Below the pieces are notes generated by a model, which saw only the letters and a list, made by a program, of their open reading frames with translations, did no database searches and was not told the origin of the DNA. The position numbers and the translations under genes are program-made. This document shows, piece after piece, positions 28,121 to 37,084 of a stretch of 64,000 nucleotides of DNA. The DNA comes from an uncultured Acidimicrobiales bacterium (GTDB taxonomy: Bacteria > Actinomycetota > Acidimicrobiia > Acidimicrobiales > JANYDT01): assembly GCA_963763885.1 (NCBI GenBank), contig CAVXQD010000003.1, forward strand, positions 140,085-204,084, given 5' to 3'. Position 1 is the stretch's first letter, and each line of letters begins with the position of its first letter.

Positions 28121-28528
28121 ATGACGACGCAACCCGATCCAACCGCACTGGCACATCAGACCATGCCCTTCGCCGCTCATCTTGGGATGACGGTCAGCGA
28201 GGCGAGCGCAGAACGGGTGGTCGCCCATCTGGAATGGGCGCCGGAGCGCTGCACGGCTGGCGGGGCGATGCATGGGGGAGCGCTGATGGCGTTGGCCGAT
28301 GCGTCGGGGGCTATGGCTGCCTTTTTCAACCTGCCTGACGGCGCAGCTGGCACCACCACCATCAGCAGCGCAACCAACTTCCTGCGTGGCGTGCGAAGTG
28401 GTTCCGTCACCGCAACCAGCACGTGCCTGCACAAGGGCCGGACCACCATCGTGGTGGATACGGAGTTGCGAGACGACGCAGGCAAGCTGGTCGCCCGAGT
28501 GACACAGACCCAGGCCGTGTTGAGCTAA
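28121..28528 (+). CDS. PaaI-family hotdog thioesterase
   Basis: 135 aa; PFAAHLGMTVSEASAERVVAHLEWAPERCTAGGAMHGGALMALADASG... Confidence 0.85.
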   Translation: MTTQPDPTALAHQTMPFAAHLGMTVSEASAERVVAHLEWAPERCTAGGAMHGGALMALADASGAMAAFFNLPDGAAGTTTISSATNFLRGVRSGSVTATSTCLHKGRTTIVVDTELRDDAGKLVARVTQTQAVLS

Positions 28529-28580
28529 GTCTGAAGCTGGTGCGAGTACTGGCGGTGGGCGAGTAGGGTGGGCGGTCTGC

Positions 28581-28930
28581 GGGGGTGCCTGGTTTCGACC
28601 TTGGTAGTCAACGCAGGTGAAGCGAGCCGTGGTCTCCGGATCCACGTAAAAGAGTCGGAAAACAAACACAAACGCCAACGACAACGTTGCGCTCGCAGCC
28701 TAAATAACTGCGATGTCGGTCTGGCCCCGGTTCCTCGGGCCAGCCGCCGGCACTATCTAGAGGGACTTACTCAGACGCAGTGCTCATGGGCGGCTGAGGA
28801 CATTAAGTGAGCTGGGGCCCTCCGGAGTTGCCGGTGTCGAGGGAGGACCCGAGATCTCTCCACCGGCTGCGCTCGGAGAAGCCCTGCTGCGAAGCTGAGG
28901 GACGGGGGTTCGATTCCCCCCACCTCCACC
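28581..28930 (+). ncRNA. ssrA: transfer-messenger RNA (tmRNA)
   Basis: 5' GGGGGUGCCUGGUUUCGAC pairs with 3' CACCUCC-A-CC, including a G3:U pair. T-arm GGGGGUUCGAUUCCCCC. Internal tag frame ends ...GCC AAC GAC AAC GTT GCG CTC GCA GCC TAA (..ANDNVALAA*, 28674-28703). Confidence 0.9.
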
Positions 28931-28932
28931 GT
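28906..28932 (+). repeat. att core copy 1 (authentic tmRNA T-arm/acceptor 3' end)
   Basis: gggttcgattccccccacctccaccgt; identical 27-mer at 31137-31163, and 24/24 at 38642-38665. Confidence 0.9.
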
Positions 28933-28977
28933 GTTTTGAAGCATTTCCCCTGGTCAGAGAGGGTGTGGTTCTCTGGT

Positions 28978-29040
28978 CAGGGCGTCAGAGGGCGCATTTA
29001 GGGCGTGCCAACGTGTGGAACGACGCCCTTTGCACGCCCT
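28978..29040. repeat. cluster of AGGGCG(T/C)(G/C) motifs at the left end of island 1 (3 direct, 2 inverted)
   Basis: cagggcgtc 28978, agagggcgc 28987, tagggcgtgc 29000; inverted acgccct 29022, cacgccct 29033. Confidence 0.7.
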
Positions 29041-29103
29041 TGGCGGCGATGCCAACTGTTGAATGAGGGCCTGACCTGGCTGAACTCCACTTCGATCCCA
29101 GAC

Positions 29104-29127
29104 GGGACGGGGGAATCGCACCCCCGG
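29104..29127 (+). repeat. degenerate tmRNA T-arm-like remnant
   Basis: gggacgggggaatcgcacccccgg versus tmRNA gggacgggggttcgattccccccac. Forms GGGGG-N7-CCCCC. Confidence 0.55.
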
Positions 29128-29311
29128 CCCTCAGGTTGGTTGCCGAACGTAGCCAGACACACGACGCCTCGCTCCACGTGGCCAATTCCGCAGACGGAAC
29201 TCTGGTGTTTCACGCCTGCTCAAGCGAGAGCGGTTTCGAGGCGCTGAATTCGCCACCCCGTTCGGGACATGATCAGCGCCCCTCTGGTCGAGGGGGTGCG
29301 GACGTGAGCGG

Positions 29312-30238
29312 CTACAGCAGCTGCCGGAGTTCCTTGACCCGGTCACAGCAGTCGTCGAACGTCGAGCGAGGAGCGCCCGGCCAGACGAGATTCCGCAGAA
29401 CGACCGATTCATACGCATATCGAGCGACTGTGCTCGTTGCCGGATCCCAGGCAGGACTCTGTGCGAAACCTCCTGGGGGACGGTCTGCCGTTGGCATCCC
29501 GGCAGCGCGAGAGTGCTGACAGACCTCGCGAGCGAGCACGTCGACCGGCAGATCGCTGAGCTGTGCGACCACGGTATCGTCACGCAGTAGCCGGTCGATG
29601 TCGTAGTAGTGCCGCGCTGTCACTTCTTTGCGGACGTCATCGCCTTCGCTGGCAGCGTGATGCAGCAACACGAGTTTGTCGACGAGCGTGCGGACTGGAT
29701 CGAGAACAAGAATGCTGACGGGTGTTGCCTCGTCGAAATCGATCGGCAGTTCAACGGATTCCGCGTGCTCGACGATCAGCGACTGCACTGCGAGACGGCG
29801 CTGCGGCAGAGCACCACCCCTGGTACCGATCTCGATGAGGACGCCTGGACGAAGCACGCCAGGCGCCTTGGTGGTCGGGTAGTGCACGATTGCGGTTCGC
29901 TTTTCGCCCTTGGTTGTCGACGAACCATCGACGATCGGTTCAATTCCCGTGGCAGCGGCTGCGCCGGCCATGAACTCCTTCAACGTAGCGTCACGGGATC
30001 CCTTGCCGCCGGCGGGCAGCACAGCTATCAGGTCAACGTCCTCGGAGAATCGTTGAATGAGTCGATGCGCCTTCGACAGACTTGTCCCGCCCTTGAACAC
30101 AATCGAGCAACCGACATTGCGAGATGCGGTAGCAACGCCACGCAACACCTCGGTCACCCAAAAGTCCTTCTCGATGTGGTCAGCCGGAATCCCAGTGAAC
30201 GCCGCTACGCGGCGAAACGTAGACCTCGAACTCGTCAA
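29312..30238 (-). CDS. abiEii: AbiEii/AbiGii nucleotidyltransferase toxin (DUF1814), island 1
   Basis: 308 aa; ...HIEKDFWVTEVLRGVA...SIVFKGGTSLSKAHRLIQRFSEDVDLI... Confidence 0.85.
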   Translation of the reverse strand: MTSSRSTFRRVAAFTGIPADHIEKDFWVTEVLRGVATASRNVGCSIVFKGGTSLSKAHRLIQRFSEDVDLIAVLPAGGKGSRDATLKEFMAGAAAATGIEPIVDGSSTTKGEKRTAIVHYPTTKAPGVLRPGVLIEIGTRGGALPQRRLAVQSLIVEHAESVELPIDFDEATPVSILVLDPVRTLVDKLVLLHHAASEGDDVRKEVTARHYYDIDRLLRDDTVVAQLSDLPVDVLAREVCQHSRAAGMPTADRPPGGFAQSPAWDPATSTVARYAYESVVLRNLVWPGAPRSTFDDCCDRVKELRQLL

Positions 30239-30259
30239 GATCGTCGCGCAAAAGACGGC

Positions 30260-30868
30260 TCACGAGACCGCCCCTTTCTGCAACTGGTCGGCTAGTTCAG
30301 CCCATCGTTCTCGGGTTGCCACATGGTGCTCGCAAGCGACCGACGATGCGATGGTGTTGAGGCGTACCTCTCCGGCGGCGGCGAGTCGGGCGATCGTGGA
30401 CGCCAGTTCGTTCCATGGCTTCTCGATAGATGCTGGACCGCTACGGAGCACTTCGAGTATGGCAACCTCGACCGGCGACAAACCAGCGATTCGGCGCTCG
30501 ATCGACCGAGACACGAAACGAGCCCCTTCTGCCGGAGTCGGAGCGCGACCAGGAACGGCGACGACAGCGACGGACGGCACCTGCGTAGTCAGGCCCAACG
30601 AATGCGCCGCCGACAGCTCAGCCAACCCAGCACCCCGCCCTGCAACCTCCAATGCAACATCAGCGGCCCGCGGCGATGCCATCCCGAACCTCGTCTTAGG
30701 ACCCTTCCAGTACAAACCTTTGCGAACCCGTATTACTCCACCATCAGCTGCGAGCCGAGACAACGCGCATTCAACCGCTCGACGAGAGCCCGGCATGTCG
30801 CCCACCGCGATGAAGGCGCGGAGCGGCGCCAAAGCAACACGCTCACGAACTATCTCAGCCGTACTCAT
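30260..30868 (-). CDS. abiEi: AbiEi-family antitoxin / transcriptional regulator, island 1
   Basis: 202 aa, directly upstream of abiEii on the same strand. wHTH-like ...RAVECALSRLAADGGVIRVRKGLYWKG... and ...AAHSLGLTTQVPS... Confidence 0.8.
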   Translation of the reverse strand: MSTAEIVRERVALAPLRAFIAVGDMPGSRRAVECALSRLAADGGVIRVRKGLYWKGPKTRFGMASPRAADVALEVAGRGAGLAELSAAHSLGLTTQVPSVAVVAVPGRAPTPAEGARFVSRSIERRIAGLSPVEVAILEVLRSGPASIEKPWNELASTIARLAAAGEVRLNTIASSVACEHHVATRERWAELADQLQKGAVS

Positions 30869-30990
30869 GAGAGGAAACTGTATCTATTTTCTCTCAAGAG
30901 GTCAAACGACGCCTTTCGCCGGCGATGCGTAGGACCAACGAAAAGCGTCACGGTTGGCGTTCGTCGACCACGACCGACGAGCAGCAATCA

Positions 30991-31030
30991 GAGGGCGTGG
31001 CCAGGGCGTGAGGGCGCACGGAGGGCGTGC
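30991..31030 (+). repeat. four tandem 10-bp repeats at the right end of island 1
   Basis: gagggcgtgg ccagggcgtg agggcgcacg gagggcgtgc. Same core motif as the left-end cluster, with a period of 10 bp (helical phasing). Confidence 0.8.
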
Positions 31031-31136
31031 TTCTCCGGCCTTCAGCGGCCGTGAAAGGTCCTCAACGGCACGACGAAAATGCCCTCTGAGCTGCACCAAC
31101 AGGTTTCTGGCCAGGCAGAACAGAATCGACGCAAGA

Positions 31137-31163
31137 GGGTTCGATTCCCCCCACCTCCACCGT
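31137..31163 (+). repeat. att core copy 2 (island 1 / island 2 junction)
   Basis: 27/27 identity to the tmRNA 3' end. No matching 5' acceptor strand upstream, so it is not a gene. Confidence 0.9.
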
Positions 31164-31165
31164 TT

Positions 31166-31187
31166 GCCCTGGTCAGGGCATGTTTTT
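31166..31187 (+). terminator. displaced tmRNA-type terminator hairpin plus T-run
   Basis: gccctggtcagggc followed by atgttttt. The same hairpin follows att copy 3 at 38671-38692. Confidence 0.55.
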
Positions 31188-31194
31188 ACATGTC

Positions 31195-31212
31195 TTGACA
31201 CGGGTTTGACAC
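31195..31212 (+). repeat. paired TTGACAC motifs (left end of island 2); third copy at 31306-31312
   Basis: ttgacac ggg t ttgacac, 11-bp period. Confidence 0.7.
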
Positions 31213-31374
31213 ATCGCGACAGCGCGGCGACGTTGGATGTTCAGATCCTGGTGCCGGTGACCTGCGCAAATGCTCATCGCCGTGGGCTTCGGGCGTGACG
31301 CACGCTTGACACACCACGACAACGCCCGGTGAAACCAGATGCGGCTGTGGTGCTGAGCCTCCACGCAAGAAAGA

Positions 31375-31393
31375 GGGTCCGATTCCCCCCACC
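31375..31393 (+). repeat. degenerate T-arm-like remnant
   Basis: gggtccgattccccccacc; homologous to 38858-38881 together with the following ..cg[g/a]aattcgc.. flank. Confidence 0.55.
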
Positions 31394-31480
31394 CCGGAAT
31401 TCGCCGAAATCGGCGGAAATGTGCCGGCCAATTTGGCGAGGTTGACGTTGCTGACGACCACGTTCAAGCATGATTGCTGA

Positions 31481-34400
31481 ATGAACGGAGCGCGTGAAGG
31501 GAGCGGAACAAAGCCTGAAGTGGGCACGGTGACGGTGATGTTCACTGACTTGGCGGGGAGTACGGCGATGCGGGCCCGTTTGGGGGAGGAGGCGGCCGAC
31601 GGGCTCCGGGGTGTGCACGACGCGATCCTCGCCGACGCCATCACAACCAACGGCGGACGCGTCGTGAAGCATCTCGGCGACGGATTCATGGCGGCGTTCC
31701 CGAGCGCGGCCGGAGCCGTTGGCGCGGCCGTGGCGTTGCAGCAGGAGATCGATCGGGCCAATCGTCGTGGCGCGACCGAGGCCATGCGGGTTCGTGTTGG
31801 TATCTCGACCGGTGACGTGACCTTCGAAGGCGGCGACTGCTTCGGACTCCCGGTCGTGGAGGCTCAGCGTCTCGAAGCCTCAGCGGAGCCGGGCACGATC
31901 CGATGCGCCGAGATGGTCAAGCTGTTGGCCCGCGGCCGCGGCGGACACGAGTTCGTCTCGCTCGGCGAGCTCGAATTGAAAGGCCTCGCCGAGCCGCTGC
32001 CCGTCTGTGAAATCAGGTGGACACCGCTCGACGACGAAGTCGCGTCGGCGAACGTCGAAGCAGGCCTGCCGCCGGTCTTCGCTCACGCCGGCGGTCTCCC
32101 GTTCTGCGGACGGGCCGAGGTGTTCGATCACCTCGTAGATGCCTGGAAACTATGCGCTGCCGGCGGGTTCGAGACGGTCCTGCTCGCCGGCGAGCCGGGG
32201 ATCGGCAAGACCCGTCTCGCCCAGGAACTCGCGTCACTCGTGCACGGCGGTGCCGGACTCGTGCTCGCCGGTCGGTGCGACGAAGACGTCACCGTGCCAT
32301 TCCAAGCCTTGGGCGCCGCGCTCGATTGGCAGATGAAGCAGACCGCTGCCGACGCCCGCCTCGCCGCACTCGGCGAACATGGCGGTGATCTCGTCCGTCT
32401 CGTGCCTGACCTCGCGAATCGCATTGTCGGCCTCCCTTCCGCGCTCGAAGCCGACGCCGACACCGAGCGCTACCGCCTCTTCCAAGCCGTCCAATCATGG
32501 CTGTCGATCGGCGGCGTTGAGCATCCCCGACTGTTGGTGATCGACGACCTCCACTGGGCCGACAAACCGACCCTGCTGCTCCTCAAGCACCTCATCGCCA
32601 ACCCCGTCGCCGGGCTCATGGTGCTTTGCACCTACCGCGACACCGACGTCGACCGCTCCCACCCTCTGTCGTCGATGCTCGCCGACTTCCGTCGCATGCC
32701 CGCAGTGACCCGCATCGCCGTGGCTGGCCTCGCCGACGACGGTGTGCGTGACCTCCTCGTGCGCATGGGCGGCCACGACCTCGACTCGGCCGGTCTGGAG
32801 TTCGCCGCGCTCGTGCACCGTGAGACGTCAGGCAACCCGTTCTTCGTCGGTGAAGTCCTCCGCCACCTCGCCGAGACCGGCGCGCTCGTCGAACAAGCCG
32901 GGCGGTGGACGAGTTCGCTGCGTCCGGAAGAAGCCGGAATCCCCGAAGGCATCCGTGAAGTCGTCGGCCGACGCCTCAGCCGACTCGGCGAAGACGTCGA
33001 ACAAGTCCTGCGCGCCGCAGCCGTCATCGGCTACGAGTTCGACGTCGACCTCCTCGCGGACGTCATTGGCCGCACCGCCGACGAGGTACTCGACGCGCTC
33101 GACACGGCGCGTGCGGCGAGTCTCGTGATCGAGGTCGGTGTCGACCGGCACCGCTTCGCCCACGCGCTCGTTCGCGAGACCTTGCATGGCGAGTTGTCGG
33201 CCAGCCGACGAGCCCGTCAACACCGGAAGGTCGCCGAGGCTCTCGAAGCACGTCACGCCGGTGATCTCAACACGGTGGTCGCCGACCTTGCCACTCACTG
33301 GGCCGAAGCGTCAGCGGGCGGCGATCCGGGCCGCGCCATCGAGCTCGCCACCCGAGCCGGCGCACAAGCCAATGAACGCGGCGCGTGGGAGAACGCCATC
33401 CGCTGGTACCAGAGCGCGCTCGAACTCATGGAAGATCAGCGCGCATACGATGTTGAACGTCGCCACACGCTCGTCGCGCTTGCCCAGGCCCAGGCCGACG
33501 CCGGAGCGGTCGCCGACGCCCGCGACAACGTCGTCCAAGCGGCTCGGTTGGCCCTCGATGCGGGTGACATCGACACCGCATGCGCCGCTCTCACGGTCAA
33601 GACGCGGGCGAGCTGGGCAGCGAGCGATCCCGCCGACACGGAGAAAGTTGTGCTCCTTCGCGCGGCGTTGGCCACGCCGACGCTCACCGATCCGCAACGC
33701 GCAGACCTGCTGAGCCAACTGGCAACCGAGATGATGTTCGAGGCCGATATCCCGGGCCGGCGTGCAGCAGTCGAGGAGTTCATGAGCGTGCTCCCCGCCG
33801 TCGATGCGCATGTCCACGCACGACTGCTCACGAACGTCGGCGCGTTCGGCGGAGTCCCGTTGCGAAGCAGTCTGGAGTCGCTGGACGCACTGATGGAACT
33901 TGCGCTCGCGGTTGCCCGCCCGGATCAGCGGTTCTGGTTACGTAGCAATCGCTTCTGGATGAACCTGCAACTCGGTCGACGCGATGTCCTCGACGAGTCG
34001 CTCGCTCTTTCCGAGCGACTCGTCGCGAGCGCTCCGAGCCGCGTGCAATGGGTCCCAGCGAACATGGCCACCATGGTCTATGTCCTCGACGGCGACCTCG
34101 CCAGGGCCGACGACGCAGTCGCGGAGATGAGTCGGCTCCTCGAGGGATGGGCCGTGCCAGAGGCTGCGAACTATCGGACGACCACTGGCGTGTCGATCGC
34201 CCGTGAGCGTCGAACTCTCAGCGATCTGTTGTGGCTTGCCGAGGTGATGGAGCAGATGGGCCCGCCGACAAGCGCGGCTCGAACCCTCGCCGCCTTCATC
34301 CGCCTCGCATCAGGTGATGCGGCCGCTGCCGCCGCGGCACTCGGCCTGGTCCGAGTCGACGAGATTGTCGAGGACAACGCCTATGGCGCCGTTGTCGCTC

Positions 34401-34792
34401 TGTGGGGCGAGACGGCCGTCAACGTCGGAACAGACCACCAGTGCAGAGCGCTGGAGGCGGTTCTCGAACCCCTGGCCGACGTACATCTCCTGACCGGCGG
34501 GTTGTACTGCGGCGCGGCAGATCGCGTACGAGGACTCCTGCTCGATCGTCTCGGCGAACACGAGCACGCCGACTCATTGTTCGCCGACGCGGTCCGCCAG
34601 CACGAGGGCCTTCGCTCGCCCACGTGGGTCGCCCGCACCCAGCTCGACTGGACCGATTCGCTCCTGCGCCGCCTCCAGCCTGACCTCGCGCGTACCCACC
34701 TCGACGCCGCCGCCACGGTCCTCGGCGGCCTCGACCTCCCTGACAACCAACTCCGCCTCGCGGAACTCCGCTCCCGGCTCGCTGCCGACTGA
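31481..34792 (+). CDS. class III nucleotide cyclase domain - STAND/AAA P-loop NTPase - TPR-like repeat protein (no C-terminal HTH)
   Basis: 1103 aa. Cyclase: VTVMFTDLAGSTAMRARLGEE...VKHLGDGFMAAF...RVRVGISTGDVTFEGGDCFGLPVVEAQRLEA. NTPase: Walker A LLAGEPGIGKTRL, Walker B RLLVIDDLHWADKPT. About 650 aa of helical repeats follow. Ends ...LRLAELRSRLAAD. Confidence 0.85.
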   Translation: MNGAREGSGTKPEVGTVTVMFTDLAGSTAMRARLGEEAADGLRGVHDAILADAITTNGGRVVKHLGDGFMAAFPSAAGAVGAAVALQQEIDRANRRGATEAMRVRVGISTGDVTFEGGDCFGLPVVEAQRLEASAEPGTIRCAEMVKLLARGRGGHEFVSLGELELKGLAEPLPVCEIRWTPLDDEVASANVEAGLPPVFAHAGGLPFCGRAEVFDHLVDAWKLCAAGGFETVLLAGEPGIGKTRLAQELASLVHGGAGLVLAGRCDEDVTVPFQALGAALDWQMKQTAADARLAALGEHGGDLVRLVPDLANRIVGLPSALEADADTERYRLFQAVQSWLSIGGVEHPRLLVIDDLHWADKPTLLLLKHLIANPVAGLMVLCTYRDTDVDRSHPLSSMLADFRRMPAVTRIAVAGLADDGVRDLLVRMGGHDLDSAGLEFAALVHRETSGNPFFVGEVLRHLAETGALVEQAGRWTSSLRPEEAGIPEGIREVVGRRLSRLGEDVEQVLRAAAVIGYEFDVDLLADVIGRTADEVLDALDTARAASLVIEVGVDRHRFAHALVRETLHGELSASRRARQHRKVAEALEARHAGDLNTVVADLATHWAEASAGGDPGRAIELATRAGAQANERGAWENAIRWYQSALELMEDQRAYDVERRHTLVALAQAQADAGAVADARDNVVQAARLALDAGDIDTACAALTVKTRASWAASDPADTEKVVLLRAALATPTLTDPQRADLLSQLATEMMFEADIPGRRAAVEEFMSVLPAVDAHVHARLLTNVGAFGGVPLRSSLESLDALMELALAVARPDQRFWLRSNRFWMNLQLGRRDVLDESLALSERLVASAPSRVQWVPANMATMVYVLDGDLARADDAVAEMSRLLEGWAVPEAANYRTTTGVSIARERRTLSDLLWLAEVMEQMGPPTSAARTLAAFIRLASGDAAAAAAALGLVRVDEIVEDNAYGAVVALWGETAVNVGTDHQCRALEAVLEPLADVHLLTGGLYCGAADRVRGLLLDRLGEHEHADSLFADAVRQHEGLRSPTWVARTQLDWTDSLLRRLQPDLARTHLDAAATVLGGLDLPDNQLRLAELRSRLAAD

Positions 34793-34925
34793 CCCCTGTA
34801 GAACTAAATAGTGCTCGAATAAGACGCGCACTGACTTCGACGCGTGGTGGGAGCCGGATGAGAACCGTCCGCGGACATCGCGGGAGGCGCTCTGAAATTC
34901 TTCGACGTTCCCAATCTGTGGATAT

Positions 34926-34956
34926 TTGACAGTTTAGTCACACGTATGCAAACTGT
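34926..34956 (+). promoter_or_regulatory. candidate promoter/operator of the abiEi-2 operon
   Basis: AT-rich spacer. TTGACA at 34926-34931. Inverted repeat acagttt (34929-34935) / aaactgt (34950-34956). ctgtgga occurs twice. Confidence 0.35.
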
Positions 34957-34973
34957 GGAAGAATCACATATTG

Positions 34974-35759
34974 ATGACACGTGCAGACTTCTCCGCGTTG
35001 TGGGATCAGTTGCTGTCCGAGGGCGTGAACACTGTCACGATCGACGAGGTCGAGTCGCGAACGGGAGCAACCCGCAACGCGGTGTACCTCGGCGTCAAGT
35101 ATGCGATGGACCGCAAACGGCTGTTCTCGCCCGCGCGCGGCTTCTACGTGATCGTGCCGCCCGAGTACCGGGCGGCTGGTGTGGTGCCAGCGACCCACTT
35201 CATCGACCCGATGATGAACCATCTCGGCATCGAGTACTACCTCGGTCTCGCGACCGCTGCAGGCTGGTGGGGATCGTCGCACCACGCGTCACAAGAATTC
35301 CAAGTCATCGCGAACGGACGACTACCGGACCGGACTATCGGCAAGGTGCGACTGCGCTTCATCAGCCGGGCCAGGCTCGACGACAAGGCAATTCGTCGTG
35401 TCGCAGGGCCACGAACGATGCTCAACGTGTCGACTCCCGACCTCACGGCCGTTGACCTCGCCGCCGACCCCGCGCATGTTGGCGGACTGTCCAATGTCGC
35501 GACCATCCTCGCCGAGCTCCCGGACCTCGACGGCCACGGCATCGCCACTCTTGCGAAACATCGCACCCGAGCTGACGCTCGACGTCTCGGTTGGCTCCTG
35601 TCACTCGTTCGCAACGACCTAAACCTACGTGCACTTATGAAAGTCGCTGACCCGCACCATGGACAGCCGACACTCATGGCATCGAACAAGCCACGAACCG
35701 GCCAGGTCGACAATGACTGGAACGTGCTCGTGAACACGAACGTCGAAGCCGACCTGTGA
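34974..35759 (+). CDS. abiEi: AbiEi-family antitoxin, island 2 (copy 2)
   Basis: MTRADFSALWDQLLSEG...ARGFYVIVPPEYRAAGVVPATHFIDPMMNHLGIEYYLGL...GGLSNVATILAEL.... Paralog of 37081..37893. Confidence 0.85.
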   Translation: MTRADFSALWDQLLSEGVNTVTIDEVESRTGATRNAVYLGVKYAMDRKRLFSPARGFYVIVPPEYRAAGVVPATHFIDPMMNHLGIEYYLGLATAAGWWGSSHHASQEFQVIANGRLPDRTIGKVRLRFISRARLDDKAIRRVAGPRTMLNVSTPDLTAVDLAADPAHVGGLSNVATILAELPDLDGHGIATLAKHRTRADARRLGWLLSLVRNDLNLRALMKVADPHHGQPTLMASNKPRTGQVDNDWNVLVNTNVEADL

Positions 35760-36204
35760 TCTCTCCGAACGCCCTTACCGCCTGGAGAACGACGCACCCC
35801 TGGGCCGACGACGAGCAGGTCGAACAAGACCTGATCATGACGCGAGTCGCGATCGAAATCGCCAACGATCCGCATCTCGGCAACGTCTTGGCGTGGCGCG
35901 GCGGAACATGTCTGCACAAACTGTTCGTCCCGTCGGCTGCAGGTACAGCGAAGACCTCGACCACATCGCATACGGCCTGTCGGTCAAGAACAACGACATG
36001 CGCCAGCTCTGCGCTGCCTCCTCGGCACTCATGAGCCTGACCGTGCTGACTCGCTCCGCGCGGAGGAGATCGAAAGACTCCCGCAATGTGGCCCGGCCAT
36101 GGCCAGCCTTGGCACAAACGTCGTCGTGTGGCTCGCCGTGTCCGTCGTCGGCCAGCGCCCGCTCGTCGACCAGGTGCGGAACCGATCGCGCCGCCACAGA
36201 CTGA
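35756..36204 (+). pseudogene. abiEii: AbiEii toxin remnant (frameshifted and truncated)
   Basis: GTGA overlap with abiEi. The N-terminus ...EQDLIMTRVAIEIANDPHLGNVLAWRGGTCLHKLFVP loses frame near 35940. RYSEDLDH continues in another frame, then similarity is lost. Runs into the 3' end of the convergent abiEii. The 3' limit is approximate. Confidence 0.6.
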
Positions 36205-36285
36205 GCCAGCTTCGTCGGGAGAAGAACCGCTCCGTCTGCACGGCAGTCGCCGCCTGCCCCAAGCACTGGATCGACGCTTCCGCCG

Positions 36286-37084
36286 TCACGGAGTCGCGCC
36301 GTCGAGCGCTTCGATCGCTTCGAGCACGGCCCGGGCGGCGACCGCGCCACTGTTGATCTGGTAGCCCGCAGGCCATTGGGCGACGAGCAGTTCGAGATCT
36401 GTGGTGAACGTCGCATCTTGCAGCTTCGCGGTGAGGTTGTCGTGGGCGCGGGTGATCGTCCATCCGGCTGGTCGGTACGGGCTGAAGCACTGGGCGATAG
36501 CGGCTGGTGTGACGCCTGCGTGTTCGACGGGCAAGCCAGAGGTCGAACAAGTCGCGTCCTTTGCTGCGTTGGAACAACGCGCGGATCTTGGTGGCGGTAA
36601 GTTCTTCGATCGTAAAGGTCGCCACGTCGGCTGAGCCGGTGAACCACGGGCTATCGACTGCGAATAAGCGCGTGACGGTTGGCTGGGCAGGTGAACGTTC
36701 GAAGGTGTTCATTTCCACTTTGATCTGCAAGCGTTGGCCGCTGAGGAATGTGGAGCGCAGTCGGGCTTTGGGGTGTCGGCCGATCTCGGCGCGGACGTCA
36801 TCGAAACCAACGAAGCGTGCGACGTCGCGGATTGCGTCGAGCACGTCGCCGACACCACCTTCGCTGCGCCGGACGTAATCGAGGTCTTCGCTGTACCGCC
36901 ACGGCCGATCGAGCCACAGTTTATGAAAGCACGTACCTCCGCGGAAGACGAGATCGCTGCCGAGGAGCGGGTGGTTGGCGAACTCGATGATCAACCGCGA
37001 CAGCACGAGGTCTTGTTCAACGTTCTCGGGGCTGGTCCACGGGACCTGTGTGCGCCAGTGGGCGATGTCGGCTTGGGTGATCAC
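36286..37084 (-). pseudogene. abiEii: AbiEii toxin with a single frameshift in a C3/G3 run
   Basis: MITQADIAHWRTQVPWTSPENVEQDLVLSRLIIEFANHPLLGSDLVFRGGTCFHKLWLDRPWRYSEDLDYV...RDLFDLWLA then shifts. The family-like tail VEHAGVTPAAIAQCFSPYRPAGW...EALDGATP* is in the -1 frame (ORF 36286..36534). The extra base lies in ggg 36529-36531. Confidence 0.75.

Noticed and set aside
31060-31163. Independent tRNA or tmRNA gene ending at the att copy (the same question applies at 38570-38665)
   Set aside because: Only the T-arm/3' acceptor half is present. No GGAGGUG/GGGGGUG 5' acceptor strand, D-arm or anticodon arm lies within 100-350 nt upstream.
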